Below are positions 1 to 10,018 of a DNA stretch of 64,000 nt, piece after piece. This DNA comes from Actinobacteria bacterium UBA7524 (lineage in GTDB: Bacteria; Actinomycetota; Coriobacteriia; Anaerosomatales; UBA912). Within the stretch, counting starts at the first letter, position 1, and each line of letters begins with the position of its first letter. Position numbers and translations under genes: made by a program. Location of the stretch: contig DLMY01000031.1 in NCBI GenBank assembly GCA_002478275.1, positions 1-64,000 of the forward strand, written 5' to 3'. The notes beneath the pieces are model-generated. The model worked only from the letters and a program-made list of their open reading frames with translations, did not search any database and was not told where the DNA came from.

Positions 1-214
1 CATCCAGGTCGGATCGAGCGCCAAGGTGACCGCGGGTTCCTCGGCGGAGATCTTCGAGGCGAGCGTGACGCACATCGCGTCGGAGGCCGAATTCACGCCC
101 TCGACCGTCGAGACCAAGGAGCAGCGCGCCAAGCTCGTCTACAAGGTGCGGCTCTCGGTGACCGACCGCGGCGGCGTGCTCAGGCCCGGGATGACGGCTG
201 ACGTGACGTTCTAG
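1..214 (+). CDS. HlyD-family efflux adaptor, C-terminal part (5' end outside window)
   Basis: IASEAEFTP..VETKEQRAKLVYKV..LRPGMTADV motif of YbhG-like adaptors; first gene of the ABC cluster. Confidence 0.85.
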   Translation, partial: IQVGSSAKVTAGSSAEIFEASVTHIASEAEFTPSTVETKEQRAKLVYKVRLSVTDRGGVLRPGMTADVTF

Positions 215-1183
215 TGCAGTCAGCGCTCGACATACGCGAGCTTTCGCGCTCCTGGCGCCACGCCCCGCCGGCAGTGGACGGCGTGACGCTGCAGGTGCCC
301 GAGGGCGCCATGTTCGGGTTGGTCGGACCGGACGGCGCGGGCAAGTCCACGCTCGTGCGGATGCTCGCCACGGCGCTGAGGCCCTCGGGCGGCGATTCGC
401 TCGTGTTCGGCGAGTCGGTGCTCGCGAATCCCGCCGCGGTGCGCCCGCGCATCGGCTACATGTCGCAGCGCTTCAGCCTGTATCCGGACCTGAGTGTCGC
501 GGAGAACTTCGCGTTCTTCGCCAAGCTGCGCGGTGTACCGCGCTCCGAGCTCAAGGTCCGCGGCAAGCGGCTGCTCGAATTCGCCGGTCTGCAGGAGTTC
601 ACGACCCGGCGAGCCGAGCACCTCTCCGGCGGCATGAAACAGAAGCTCGGACTCGCCTGTGTGCTCGTGCACGAGCCGTCGATCCTCATCCTGGACGAGC
701 NNNNNNNNNNNNNNNNNNNNNNNNNNNNNNNNNNNNNNNNNNNNNNNNNNNNNNNNNNNNNNNNNNNNNNNNNNNNNNNNNNNNNNNNNNNNNNNNNNNN
801 NNNNNNNNNNNNNNNNNNNNNNNCTCCTGCTCGACGAGCCCACCACCGGCGTCGACCCCGTCTCGCGCCGGGAGTTCTGGAGGATCCTCTCGGGTCTGCA
901 CCGCGAGGGCATCACCGTGCTGATCGTCACGCCGTACATGGACGAGGCGGAGCGCTGCACGCGCATCGCCTTCATGGAGGACGGCCGTATCCTGCTCGAC
1001 GACACCCCGACCGCCCTCAAAGCGCGCGTCCCGCATCCCTACAGCAGCGGTGGCGACGTCGACATGGAGACGACCTTCGCCTACCTCGTCGAACGCGCGC
1101 GGGAACAGAGCGCGACGCCGCCGGAGCCCGAGCCCGACGTCCCCGCCGAGCCCGAGCCCGTGCTAGGCGGTGAGCCGCAGTGA
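214..1183 (+). CDS. ABC transporter ATP-binding protein (spans assembly gap 701-823)
   Basis: Walker A GPDGAGKST, signature LSGGMKQ, Walker B LLDEPT; frame change only across the N-gap. Confidence 0.9.
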
Positions 1184-2322
1184 GGGCGATGCTCACACGC
1201 ATCAACGCGATCGCGGCCAAGGAGCTCGTCCACATCCGCCGCGACCCTCGCCTGCTCGTCGCCGTGCTCGTGATGCCCGTGCTGCAACTCCTGCTGTTCG
1301 CCTACGCGATCAGCTTCGACGTACGCGACGTGCCGACAGTTCTTCTCGACGGCGACCGCACGAGTGAAAGCCGCGCCTACCTGGCCGCCTACGAGCACAG
1401 CGACTTCTTCCACGTCGTGGGCCATGTCGACTCTCCCGCACAGGTGGACCGGGCGTTCGACGAGTCGACCGCGCGCGTCGCGGTCATGGTCCGGCCCGGC
1501 TTCGGACGCGCGCTCACACGCGGCGAGACGCCGTCCGTGGCAGTGCTGCTCGACGGCTCCGAGCCCAACTCCGCCCAGCTCGGCCAGGCCTACGCCGTCG
1601 CGCTCAACCGCCAACTGGACCGCGAGGTGTTCGTCGAGTGGGCTCAGGCCCGCGCGCTCGACCCGTCCGCCTTCGGCGCCGTCGACGTCAGCGTGAGGAC
1701 CTGGTACAACCCCGGCCGCCGCTCCGCCGACTTCCTGATCCCCGGACTCATGGTCGTCATCATCATGATCGTCACCGTCCAGCAGACCGCCGTCACACTC
1801 GTACGCGAGCGCGACCTGGGCACCTTCGAGCAGATCTCGGTCTCTCCCGTCCGCCGGGGAGAACTCGTCCTGGGCAAGACCATCCCCTGGGCAGGTCTGG
1901 CTTTCGCGAACATGGTGGCGACCACGTTCGTGGCGATCACCCTGTTCCGGGTCCCCTTGCGCGGTGACCTGCTCGCCCTGGTCGCCGGCACGCTGTTGTT
2001 CGTCCTGTGCTGCCTGGGCATCGGGCTGCTCATCTCCGCCCGCGCCTCCTCTGTCGAGGTGGCCAACATCACCGGGCTGATCGTCAGCTTCCTGCCCGGC
2101 TTCATGCTCTCGGGCTTCGCGTTCCCCCTGAACAGCATCCCCGTCGTGCTGCAGTGGATCTCGTACCTGTTCCCGGGCCGCTACATGGTCGACATCGCCC
2201 GCTCGGTGTTCCTCAAGGGCGCAGGCTTCGAGGTGCTCTGGCCGCAGATCGCCTCACTGGGCCTGTACGCGCTGGTCATCTTGTCGCTGGCGACCCTCGT
2301 CCACGCGAGGAGGGCCGACTGA
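1180..2322 (+). CDS. ABC-2 type permease (YbhS-like)
   Basis: N-terminal TM, extracytoplasmic domain, RERDLGTFEQ motif, C-terminal TM helices. Confidence 0.9.
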   Translation: MRAMLTRINAIAAKELVHIRRDPRLLVAVLVMPVLQLLLFAYAISFDVRDVPTVLLDGDRTSESRAYLAAYEHSDFFHVVGHVDSPAQVDRAFDESTARVAVMVRPGFGRALTRGETPSVAVLLDGSEPNSAQLGQAYAVALNRQLDREVFVEWAQARALDPSAFGAVDVSVRTWYNPGRRSADFLIPGLMVVIIMIVTVQQTAVTLVRERDLGTFEQISVSPVRRGELVLGKTIPWAGLAFANMVATTFVAITLFRVPLRGDLLALVAGTLLFVLCCLGIGLLISARASSVEVANITGLIVSFLPGFMLSGFAFPLNSIPVVLQWISYLFPGRYMVDIARSVFLKGAGFEVLWPQIASLGLYALVILSLATLVHARRAD

Positions 2323-3443
2323 TGTCCTTCTCTCGCATCCGCCTCCTGGTCTGGAAGGAGTACCTCCAGCTCGCGCGCGACAGGATGCTGCTACCCCTCA
2401 TCTTCATCCAGCCGCTTCTGCAGCTGATCATGTTCGGCTACGTGGTCGGCTCCGACGTCACCAACATCCCGACCGCCATCGTGGACCAGGACCGCACCGT
2501 CAGCTCGCGAGAGCTCTCCTCGGCCATCGAGAACGCCGGTTACTTCACCATCATCGAACGCCCCGCCGAGGAGACCTCGTTGCGCCCCCTCATGGACGGC
2601 AACCGCGTGCAGCTCGCACTCGTGCTGCCGGCCGGTTTCGAGCGCGACCTGGAGCGCGGCGATCGGGCAGCCGTGCAGCTCGTCGTCGACGGGGTCGACA
2701 GCAAGACCGCGTCGGTCGCCTCGGGATACGCGACGCAGGTGATCGGGGAGTGGACGCGCAGCCGGGCCGAGGTCACGGGGCTTGTGCCCGACGGTCCGGG
2801 CATCGACGCGCGTGTGCGTGTGCTGTTCAACCCCACACTTCGCAGCGTCAACGCGATGGTCCCCGGGCTCGTCGCCTTCATCCTCATGCTTTCGAGTACC
2901 GCGCTGATGTCGCAGGCGATCGTTCGAGAGCGAGAACGCGGCACGCTCGAGCAGATGTTCGTCACCCCCATCACCCGCGGTGAGTACCTGGTCGGCAAAC
3001 TCGCACCTTACGTGTTGCTCGCAACGGTGCAGGTGATCGGCGTCATGCTTGTGGGCGTGTACTGGTTCCGTGTGCCGTTCAACGGAAATCTGCTCGTGAT
3101 CGCGGCAGGGCTCGCGCTGTTCGTCTTCACGACCCTGGGCCAGGGGATGATCATCTCCACCCTCGCCCGCACGCGCCACCAGGCCCAGCAGTGGACGATG
3201 TTCCTGCTGATCCCCACGATCGTGCTGTCCGGCTTCATCTTCCCGATCGAGTCGATGCCCGAGCCCATCGTGCCGGTGACATACCTGATCCCGCTGCGCT
3301 ACGTACTGATACTGCTGCGCGCCAACTTCATGAAGGGCTCCGGGTTCGAGGCGCTCTGGCCGCAGTTCGCCGCTATGGCTGTGTTCGCAGTGTCGATCTT
3401 CAGCGCGGCACTGGCCCGCTTCCACAAACGGCTGGCAGACTAG
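2322..3443 (+). CDS. ABC-2 type permease (YbhR-like)
   Basis: Starts MSFSRIR, ATG overlapping upstream TGA; RERERGTLEQ motif, LSGFIFPIESMP. Confidence 0.9.
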   Translation: MSFSRIRLLVWKEYLQLARDRMLLPLIFIQPLLQLIMFGYVVGSDVTNIPTAIVDQDRTVSSRELSSAIENAGYFTIIERPAEETSLRPLMDGNRVQLALVLPAGFERDLERGDRAAVQLVVDGVDSKTASVASGYATQVIGEWTRSRAEVTGLVPDGPGIDARVRVLFNPTLRSVNAMVPGLVAFILMLSSTALMSQAIVRERERGTLEQMFVTPITRGEYLVGKLAPYVLLATVQVIGVMLVGVYWFRVPFNGNLLVIAAGLALFVFTTLGQGMIISTLARTRHQAQQWTMFLLIPTIVLSGFIFPIESMPEPIVPVTYLIPLRYVLILLRANFMKGSGFEALWPQFAAMAVFAVSIFSAALARFHKRLAD

Positions 3444-3458
3444 GCGAGGAGCCAACGG

Positions 3459-4508
3459 ATGCCCCTGTTCAGACGACATCGCACAGACGAGCCGGAGCCG
3501 GAGATGGCGCCCGACGCCTCGGGGACGCCCGCGCCCGCGCCCACCGAGCCGCCACCCGCGCCCGCGGCCGCCGTCCACGTCCGGGGACTGACCAAGCGCT
3601 TCGGACACTTCACCGCCGTCGACAACATCGATCTGGACGTGCGCCGAGGAGAGATATTCGGGTTCCTCGGCCCGAATGGTTCGGGAAAGACCACGACCAT
3701 CCGCATGCTGTGCGGGGTCATCGCCCCGACCGACGGCGAGGCGACCGTGCTGGGATTCGACGCCGTCGGCCAGGCCGAGGACATCCGTCGCAGTATCGGA
3801 TACATGAGCCAGCGCTTCTCGCTGTTCGAGGACCTCACCGTGGAGGAGAATCTGAAGTTCTACGCGGGGGTCTACGGTATAGCCGACGAACGCTACGAAC
3901 AGCGGCGCGCATACATCCTCGAGATGGCCGGCCTTCAGGGTCGCGAAGGGGAACTGACCGCCAACCTCTCCGTCGGCTGGAAGCAGCGCCTCGCGCTCGG
4001 GTGTGCCACGATCCACGAACCGGAGCTGCTGTTCCTCGATGAGCCGACCTCCGGTGTCGACCCGACGGCCCGTAAGAGGTTCTGGGAGCTGCTCTACGAC
4101 CTTGCCGAGTCGGGCATCACGCTGTTCGTGACGACGCACTACATGGACGAGGCGGCCAGATGCTCGCGCGTAGCCTTCATCTACGAAGGCTCCATCGTGA
4201 CGGAGGGCACCCCCGACACACTGCGCACGACACTCGTGAACGACACTATCTTCGAAGTCACGACAGGCGACGTCGATGCGGCGATCGAGGCGCTCACCGC
4301 CTCACCGGCCATCGCCGAGGCCTACCTGAGCGGTGCGGCCCTGCACGTCAACGTGGGCACGCGCATCGACGGCCCGGAGGTGATCGCGAGCACGCTGACC
4401 ACCGCAGGACTCGAGGCGCTCTCCACGCGCGTCGTGACACCGACGCTCGAGGACGTGTTCGTACACCTCGTCAATCGGGAACGAGCCTCATCGGTCCCGG
4501 GCCAGTAG
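3459..4508 (+). CDS. ABC transporter ATP-binding protein
   Basis: GPNGSGKTT, LSVGWKQ, FLDEPT, THYMDEA. Confidence 0.92.
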   Translation: MPLFRRHRTDEPEPEMAPDASGTPAPAPTEPPPAPAAAVHVRGLTKRFGHFTAVDNIDLDVRRGEIFGFLGPNGSGKTTTIRMLCGVIAPTDGEATVLGFDAVGQAEDIRRSIGYMSQRFSLFEDLTVEENLKFYAGVYGIADERYEQRRAYILEMAGLQGREGELTANLSVGWKQRLALGCATIHEPELLFLDEPTSGVDPTARKRFWELLYDLAESGITLFVTTHYMDEAARCSRVAFIYEGSIVTEGTPDTLRTTLVNDTIFEVTTGDVDAAIEALTASPAIAEAYLSGAALHVNVGTRIDGPEVIASTLTTAGLEALSTRVVTPTLEDVFVHLVNRERASSVPGQ

Positions 4509-5876
4509 CCGCTCGACCGACCTGCCTGCGACCAGTCCGCTGGCGCTCGACTGGACGAGCCCGCGACTGACACCGGCGCCATCACCGACCGCGAACAACC
4601 CCTCGACCGACGTCATGAGATCCGCGTCCAGAGCGAGTCGCGACGAGTAGAACTTCACCTCGACCCCGTAGAGCAACGTGGAGGGTGAAGCCACCCCGGG
4701 GGCCAGCTCATCGAGCGTCTCGATGAAGTCCAGGATCCCGGTCAGGTGCCGGTACGGCATCACGGAAGCCAGGTCGCCGGGCGTCGCCGAGGGCAGCGTG
4801 GGCGAAACGATAGACTCGGCCATCCGGTGCGGTGTCGACCGGCGGCCGGCCTTCAGGTCGCCCAACCGCTGTACCAGGATGCCCTCACCCAGCAGGTTCG
4901 CGAGACGCGCGATCGAGCGGCCGTACGTGATCGGCTCCTTGAACGGCTCCGTGAAACACTGACTCACCAGGACGGCGAAGTTCGTGTACCCCGTCTTCTT
5001 CTCCGCGAAGGAGTGCCCGTTGACGGTCACCACATCGCCGTACGACTCGGTTGTCACCTCTCCGTACGGGTTCATGCAGAACGTCCGGACCCTGTCGTCG
5101 AACGCCTTGGAGTAGTACGTGAGCTTCGCCTCGTAGAGATGGTCGGTCAACGGCTCCATGACGGGAGCGGGACACTCCACCCTCACGCCGATGTCGACCG
5201 CGTTGTTGCTCAGCCGGATGCCCAGCTCTGTGGCCTGTCCGGCCAGCCACTCAGCGCCCTCGCGACCGGGCGCGGCTATGACTGCGCGTGCAGAAAGTCT
5301 GCTGCCGTCCGCGAGTTCGACGCCGGCGACACGGCCCTCCTCGGCAAGGATGCGCGCCACGCTCACCCCCGTCCGGACCTCCACACCGGCGTCTTCCAGG
5401 ACCCGTCGCATCGCGCCCAGCACACGAGGGGACCTGTCGGTACCCAGATGACGGATGCGCATGATCGTCAGATGCATGTCGGCGAGTGTGGCCGCCCGCT
5501 GGAGGCGAGAGGCGTCGTCCGGGTCAGGGCCGTACACGTGCTCATCGGCGCCGAACTCCAACCAGACGCGGTCCGTCCGGTCCAGCAGCCCGTCCAGCTC
5601 CTCGGCGCCGACGTACTCCCCGAGCCAGCCTCCGATCTCGCCGGTCAGCGTGAGCTTGCCGTCCGAGAACGCTCCCGCGCCTCCCCAGCCGCTCATGATG
5701 TCGCATGAAGGGCAGAGCGTGCACTGGGTCTCGCGAGCCGGGCACTTGCGCTTCCCAAGGTCGCGCCCCTTCTCGAGCATCAGCAGCTTGAGCCCGCCGA
5801 CACGCGAGAGCTCGAGTGCGGCGAAGATACCCGCCGGCCCCGCTCCGATCACGATCGCGTCGTATCGATCAGCCAC
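4488..5876 (-). CDS. NAD(P)/FAD-dependent oxidoreductase with Cys cluster
   Basis: GAGPAG Rossmann motif, CxxCxxC, GGAGAFSDGKL, FCMNPYG, GDGAG. Confidence 0.85.
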   Translation of the reverse strand: MADRYDAIVIGAGPAGIFAALELSRVGGLKLLMLEKGRDLGKRKCPARETQCTLCPSCDIMSGWGGAGAFSDGKLTLTGEIGGWLGEYVGAEELDGLLDRTDRVWLEFGADEHVYGPDPDDASRLQRAATLADMHLTIMRIRHLGTDRSPRVLGAMRRVLEDAGVEVRTGVSVARILAEEGRVAGVELADGSRLSARAVIAAPGREGAEWLAGQATELGIRLSNNAVDIGVRVECPAPVMEPLTDHLYEAKLTYYSKAFDDRVRTFCMNPYGEVTTESYGDVVTVNGHSFAEKKTGYTNFAVLVSQCFTEPFKEPITYGRSIARLANLLGEGILVQRLGDLKAGRRSTPHRMAESIVSPTLPSATPGDLASVMPYRHLTGILDFIETLDELAPGVASPSTLLYGVEVKFYSSRLALDADLMTSVEGLFAVGDGAGVSRGLVQSSASGLVAGRSVERLLARDR

Positions 5877-6069
5877 TCCCGGTCCGTCCTCCCGCAGCAG
5901 CGATCGGTCCCCGAGTCCCCGCCCGGGTTCGTCCCGGACCTGGGAACTCGATGGACAGCGGACGTTCCCGCCCCTTAGACTTATGTTCCCCGGTCGACAC
6001 TACATATCCGCCGCAGCACCCCCTGGCTGCTGCCGCTATCGAAGGATCCGCGACCTGAGGGAGGGACGA

Positions 6070-6327
6070 ATGGCGAGAGGGCCCGCGCCGCGAACGAAGA
6101 AAGTGGTCGTATACACCTCACCCACATGCCCGTGGTGCAGAGTCGCCAAAGCCTACCTCCTGGAACACGAGATCTCCTTCACCGAGGTCGACATCTACGC
6201 CGATGCTCGCGGACGTCGCGACATGGTACTCATGACGGGGCAGCACGGCGTACCTGTCTTGCGCGTCGGCGAGAAGGCGATGGTCGGTTGGCGTGCCGAG
6301 GAGTTCGACACCCTCTGGCAGCGCTGA
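6070..6327 (+). CDS. Glutaredoxin-like (NrdH/YruB type) protein
   Basis: CPWC active site, GVPV cis-Pro motif; GGAGGG RBS before ATG 6070. Confidence 0.85.
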   Translation: MARGPAPRTKKVVVYTSPTCPWCRVAKAYLLEHEISFTEVDIYADARGRRDMVLMTGQHGVPVLRVGEKAMVGWRAEEFDTLWQR

Positions 6328-6331
6328 GCAG

Positions 6332-7720
6332 CTACGGAAGCTTGTCCGTGAAGTCGATGAACTTCGTGTAGCGCTCGTTGAACACCAGACGCACCTGGCC
6401 GATCGGCCCGTTGCGGTGCTTCGCGACGATGACCTCGGCAACGCCACGCGGCGGCCGGTCTTCATCGTTCTCCTCGGCCGAACGCGGGTCTGTGTTGCGG
6501 TCGATGAACATGACGACATCAGCGTCCTGCTCGATCGCTCCGGACTCTCGCAGGTCGGAAAGCTGCGGCCGTTTGCCTGCGCGCTGCTCGACTGCACGAG
6601 ACAGCTGGGAGAGCGCGAGGATGGGGACGCTGAGCTCCTTGGCGAGGATCTTGAGGCCTCGGCTGATCTCTGCGATCTCTGTCTGTCGGTTCTCGTTGCG
6701 CCGGTGCTGGGGCTGCATGAGCTGAAGGTAGTCGAGGATGATCAAACCGTTCGGCTTGTCACGCAACAGGCGTCTCGCTTTGGCCCGCACTTCGAGGATC
6801 GAGATCGCCGGGGTGTCGTCGACGAAGAAGTCCAGCTCGGCGAGCTGACCCATGGCCCGGTGGATGTTGCCCCAGTCCGGGTCCTTGATGTAGCCGGTGC
6901 GGACGTCTTGCGAGTTGATCCGTGCTTCCGAACACAGGATGCGCTGGATGAGCTGTTCGGCTGACATCTCCAGGCTGAACATCGCGACACTGGCTCCGGC
7001 TTTCGCAGCGTTGACGGCGATGTTGAGCGCCAACGCGGTCTTGCCGACCGAGGGTCGAGCGGCAAGGATGAGCAGATCGCTGCGGTGCATACCGGCCAGA
7101 AGCCTGTCGAGATCCTTGAAGCCGGTGGGAACACCCGTGATGTGCTCTTGATTGTCGAACAGCTCTTCGAGCTGCTTGAACGACAGCGCCAGCAACTCGT
7201 TGATCTCGCGGAAGTTGCCGGAGATCCTCTTATTGGTGACCTCGAAGATGAGGCGCTCGGCTTCCTCTGCGACTTCACGCAGATCATCTGGTGCCTCGTA
7301 CCCCATGTGTACGATCTGCGTCGCCGCGCCGATGAGCGAGCGCAGCATCGCGGTCCGGGCGACGATCTCTGCGTAACGCATGGCGTTGGCGGCGGTGGGG
7401 ACCACTTGTGTGATGTCGAGCAGGTACGGCTTGCCACCGATCTGCTCCAGCTCACCGGTCGCCTCGAGCCTGTCAGCGACGCTCACGTGGTCCACAGGGA
7501 TGTTGCCGGTGTGCAGGTGCTCCATCGCAGCGAAGATCTTCGTGTGCGCTGGCCGGTAGAAGTCCTCGGCCGAGACGATCGTCAGCGCGTTCTCAGCAGC
7601 ATCGCGTGACAGGAACATGGAGCCCAGCAAGGCCTGTTCGGCCTCCAGATTGTGCGGCGGCACGAGTTCGGGAGACGTCACGCCTCGCAACGCGCGTTCC
7701 CTGACGGCACCGTTTGCCAC
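6332..7720 (-). CDS. dnaB: Replicative DNA helicase
   Basis: PPHNLEAEQ, AARPSVGKT, DYLQLM, LSDLRESGAIEQDAD, KHRNGP; GTG start after GGAGGT. Confidence 0.97.
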   Translation of the reverse strand: MANGAVRERALRGVTSPELVPPHNLEAEQALLGSMFLSRDAAENALTIVSAEDFYRPAHTKIFAAMEHLHTGNIPVDHVSVADRLEATGELEQIGGKPYLLDITQVVPTAANAMRYAEIVARTAMLRSLIGAATQIVHMGYEAPDDLREVAEEAERLIFEVTNKRISGNFREINELLALSFKQLEELFDNQEHITGVPTGFKDLDRLLAGMHRSDLLILAARPSVGKTALALNIAVNAAKAGASVAMFSLEMSAEQLIQRILCSEARINSQDVRTGYIKDPDWGNIHRAMGQLAELDFFVDDTPAISILEVRAKARRLLRDKPNGLIILDYLQLMQPQHRRNENRQTEIAEISRGLKILAKELSVPILALSQLSRAVEQRAGKRPQLSDLRESGAIEQDADVVMFIDRNTDPRSAEENDEDRPPRGVAEVIVAKHRNGPIGQVRLVFNERYTKFIDFTDKLP

Positions 7721-7789
7721 ACCGCACCTCCACATCAGTCGGCAGCCGCGGACTGCACCCGCGACCCTGACACTCCATGACCCATCGCG

Positions 7790-7811
7790 ATTCTAGCCCA
7801 GGGGTCTGACA
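7790..7811 (-). promoter_or_regulatory. PafBC/RecA-NDp-type promoter of dnaB
   Basis: Minus strand TGTCAG-N10-TAGAAT. Confidence 0.75.
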
Positions 7812-7832
7812 CGCGACATGTCCTGAAAACCG

Positions 7833-7893
7833 CTGTCCACAGCGTCCGACACACCCAGAGCAGCACAGACCGAGGTTATCCCCAGCGTCCACA
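7833..7893 (+). promoter_or_regulatory. Three degenerate DnaA boxes upstream of dnaB
   Basis: CTGTCCACA 7833-7841, TTATCCCCA 7876-7884, GCGTCCACA 7885-7893. Confidence 0.5.
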
Positions 7894-7949
7894 GATTCTC
7901 GGTCAATCTGCGGAGCCTCCCAGGGTAGACAGATGGGGCGGGGAAACAA

Positions 7950-7980
7950 GAAACGCCACCCGCGCTGCGGATGGCGTTTC
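7950..7980 (-). terminator. Intrinsic terminator after rplI
   Basis: GAAACGCCA..TGGCGTTTC hairpin followed by TTGTTT on minus strand. Confidence 0.7.
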
Positions 7981-8006
7981 GGGTTGCACCGAGTCTTCGG
8001 GCGGAT

Positions 8007-8660
8007 CTACGCCTCGTCGAGGATCTCGACGTCAGAGCCCCATGCGGCCTCTTCCTCATCGGAAGCGGCGTCGTCGAGCTGCTCCTCGTCATCGACCGGC
8101 TCCGAATCAGCAGACGCTTCGTCAACGACAGCCTCGTCCGGTTCAGCAGCCTCTTCGACCTCAGCGTTCTCGACAACAGCAGCCTCAGCTGCCGCGACCT
8201 CGGTCAGGTCGACACCCTCGCCAGCGACGACGACCGTCACGTGCGCCTTGATGTCACGGTAGATCTGAACGGAGACCACATGCTCCCCGACCTCTTTGAT
8301 GTGCCCGTGCGCGTCCATCTTGCGCCTGTCGATGGCCACATCGAGCTGCTCGGCGATGGCTTCCTCGATCATGTGCGCCGTCACCGACCCGAACAGCCGG
8401 CCTTCTTCGCCCACCTTCGCGCGAATGACGACCTTCTTGCCCTCAAGCGCCGCAGCAACGGCCTCGGCCTCGCCGACCCGTCCTTCTTCACGCGTGCGGA
8501 TGTTGTGCATGCGCTGCTCGAGCTGCTTGAGATTGCCAGACGTGGCCTCTATGGCCATCTTGCGAGGAAACAGGTAATTGACCGCGAAGCCGCGTGCGAC
8601 CTCGATCACGTCACCTTCCCCGCCTTTGCCTTTCACTTCCTGTGTAAGGATGACTTTCAT
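8007..8660 (-). CDS. rplI: 50S ribosomal protein L9 with acidic C-terminal extension
   Basis: MKVIL..GFAVNYLFP, GRLFGSVT; position after rpsR. Confidence 0.96.
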   Translation of the reverse strand: MKVILTQEVKGKGGEGDVIEVARGFAVNYLFPRKMAIEATSGNLKQLEQRMHNIRTREEGRVGEAEAVAAALEGKKVVIRAKVGEEGRLFGSVTAHMIEEAIAEQLDVAIDRRKMDAHGHIKEVGEHVVSVQIYRDIKAHVTVVVAGEGVDLTEVAAAEAAVVENAEVEEAAEPDEAVVDEASADSEPVDDEEQLDDAASDEEEAAWGSDVEILDEA

Positions 8661-8707
8661 CGTTACTCCCTTGAATCCGGACCGGAACCGCGTTCCGGCT
8701 CAACGCA

Positions 8708-9664
8708 TCATAGACCTTCGTCACCGGCATGCGGCGACCTGGTCGCCTCCGGCCCTTCTATCCCATCTCGTTCAAGCTTCCGGAAGTTCATCCAGAAGTC
8801 CAGCAGACCAACGAAACTGATTACCCATGTAGGACCGTCGATGAGAAGCGCGACGATCGCCACGAACACGAACCGTCCGGGCTTAGCGCCGGACAGTCGC
8901 AACAGAGACGCGATCACCGCGAAGCCCTGTACGAACAGTGCGGCCTTCGCGGCCAGCAACAGGTTCATGCTGACGGCCGAGGCCAATCCTTCGGTACCGC
9001 CCCAGACCCGCGCGGCTGCAGCGGCTGCGACTCCCGCCACCGGTAGCCACAACACATGCGGACTCAGGTCGACCACGGCCACGGGCACCGGCCGGTGCGT
9101 CTCGGACCCCGTACGACGTGCGACCCACAACAGGACCACAAGCGTCGGAGCCGCAGTCGCCACCGCCATCAACATGAACGTGGACGGAGCGAGGCGCAGC
9201 ATCGTCCCCACTGCGTCCTCGGCGACCAGGGCATTCGCACCGATGGTGTTCATCAGCCCTGCGGCCTCTTCGAATGCCCTCTCGAAGTACTGCCGCAACG
9301 ACAATCCGCTCAGCCATGCTTCGCCGAACTGTCGTGCTGCCAGTGCGACGCCGAGCACGGGCACGAACCATGTCGTGACCGAGAGTGCATGACGCCGCTT
9401 CAGAGCCGGTATGGCCAACATCACCGCAAGCAGTGACGGCGCGACCAACAAGGTTTCCACGGGCCATATCGCCCAGGTGGCGAGTAGCGCCAGGAGCAGA
9501 GCCACGACCATGACGGACCTGGAACCGCGATGGTACAGCCCCGCGAGCGCAGCCGCACTGAGCGGCAACCCTACGAAGGGCACGACCGGCACGATGACCG
9601 CACCTGCTATACAGGCAGCGGCCAGCATCACCGAGTCTCGCATTTCTGCGGTCCGTGTGCTCAT
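8708..9664 (-). CDS. DUF2232/YybS-like membrane protein
   Basis: Polytopic hydrophobic protein, QGFAV and GLLDFWMNFRK motifs; conserved rpsR-rplI position. Confidence 0.8.
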   Translation of the reverse strand: MSTRTAEMRDSVMLAAACIAGAVIVPVVPFVGLPLSAAALAGLYHRGSRSVMVVALLLALLATWAIWPVETLLVAPSLLAVMLAIPALKRRHALSVTTWFVPVLGVALAARQFGEAWLSGLSLRQYFERAFEEAAGLMNTIGANALVAEDAVGTMLRLAPSTFMLMAVATAAPTLVVLLWVARRTGSETHRPVPVAVVDLSPHVLWLPVAGVAAAAAARVWGGTEGLASAVSMNLLLAAKAALFVQGFAVIASLLRLSGAKPGRFVFVAIVALLIDGPTWVISFVGLLDFWMNFRKLERDGIEGPEATRSPHAGDEGL

Positions 9665-9667
9665 GAT

Positions 9668-9931
9668 CTACCTGCGGCCCCGCCCGTCGACACGACCACT
9701 GACGACCGGGACCGTGTAGGGCACGAGCGCCATCTCACGAGAGCGCTTGACCGCCATGGAGAGCCGGTGCTGGTGCTGGGCGCAGTTACCCGTCACGCGG
9801 CGCGGCTTGATCTTCCCGCGGTCCGTCATGAACTTGCGCAGCATCTGAACGTCCTTGTAGTCGATGTAGTCGACCTTGTCCTTGCAGAAGGCGCAGTACT
9901 TGCGCCGAGGCTTGCGTGCGTAATCCGACAT
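9668..9931 (-). CDS. rpsR: 30S ribosomal protein S18 (Zn-binding type)
   Basis: [23 protein letters not shown]. Confidence 0.97.
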   Translation of the reverse strand: MSDYARKPRRKYCAFCKDKVDYIDYKDVQMLRKFMTDRGKIKPRRVTGNCAQHQHRLSMAVKRSREMALVPYTVPVVSGRVDGRGRR

Positions 9932-10018
9932 TCCTCTACCTCCTCTCGCGCCTTGAAAAGACGCCGGGTTATCCGATGACGCACGGCGGGAGGGGTCCGC
10001 CGTACGTTCACTGTGCTC

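Noticed and set aside
701..823. Apparent frameshift or split of the ABC ATPase
   Set aside because: N-gap whose flanks both encode the LDEP motif; scaffolding artefact, possibly strain heterogeneity.
2391..4139. Long antisense ORFs (also 7971-9392, 29437-31854 and others)
   Set aside because: Shadow ORFs of real genes in high-GC DNA, with no recognisable motifs.
5978..5999. PafBC-like TGTCGA-N10-TAAGTC before the FAD oxidoreductase
   Set aside because: The -10 lacks the final conserved T and the target is not a repair gene.
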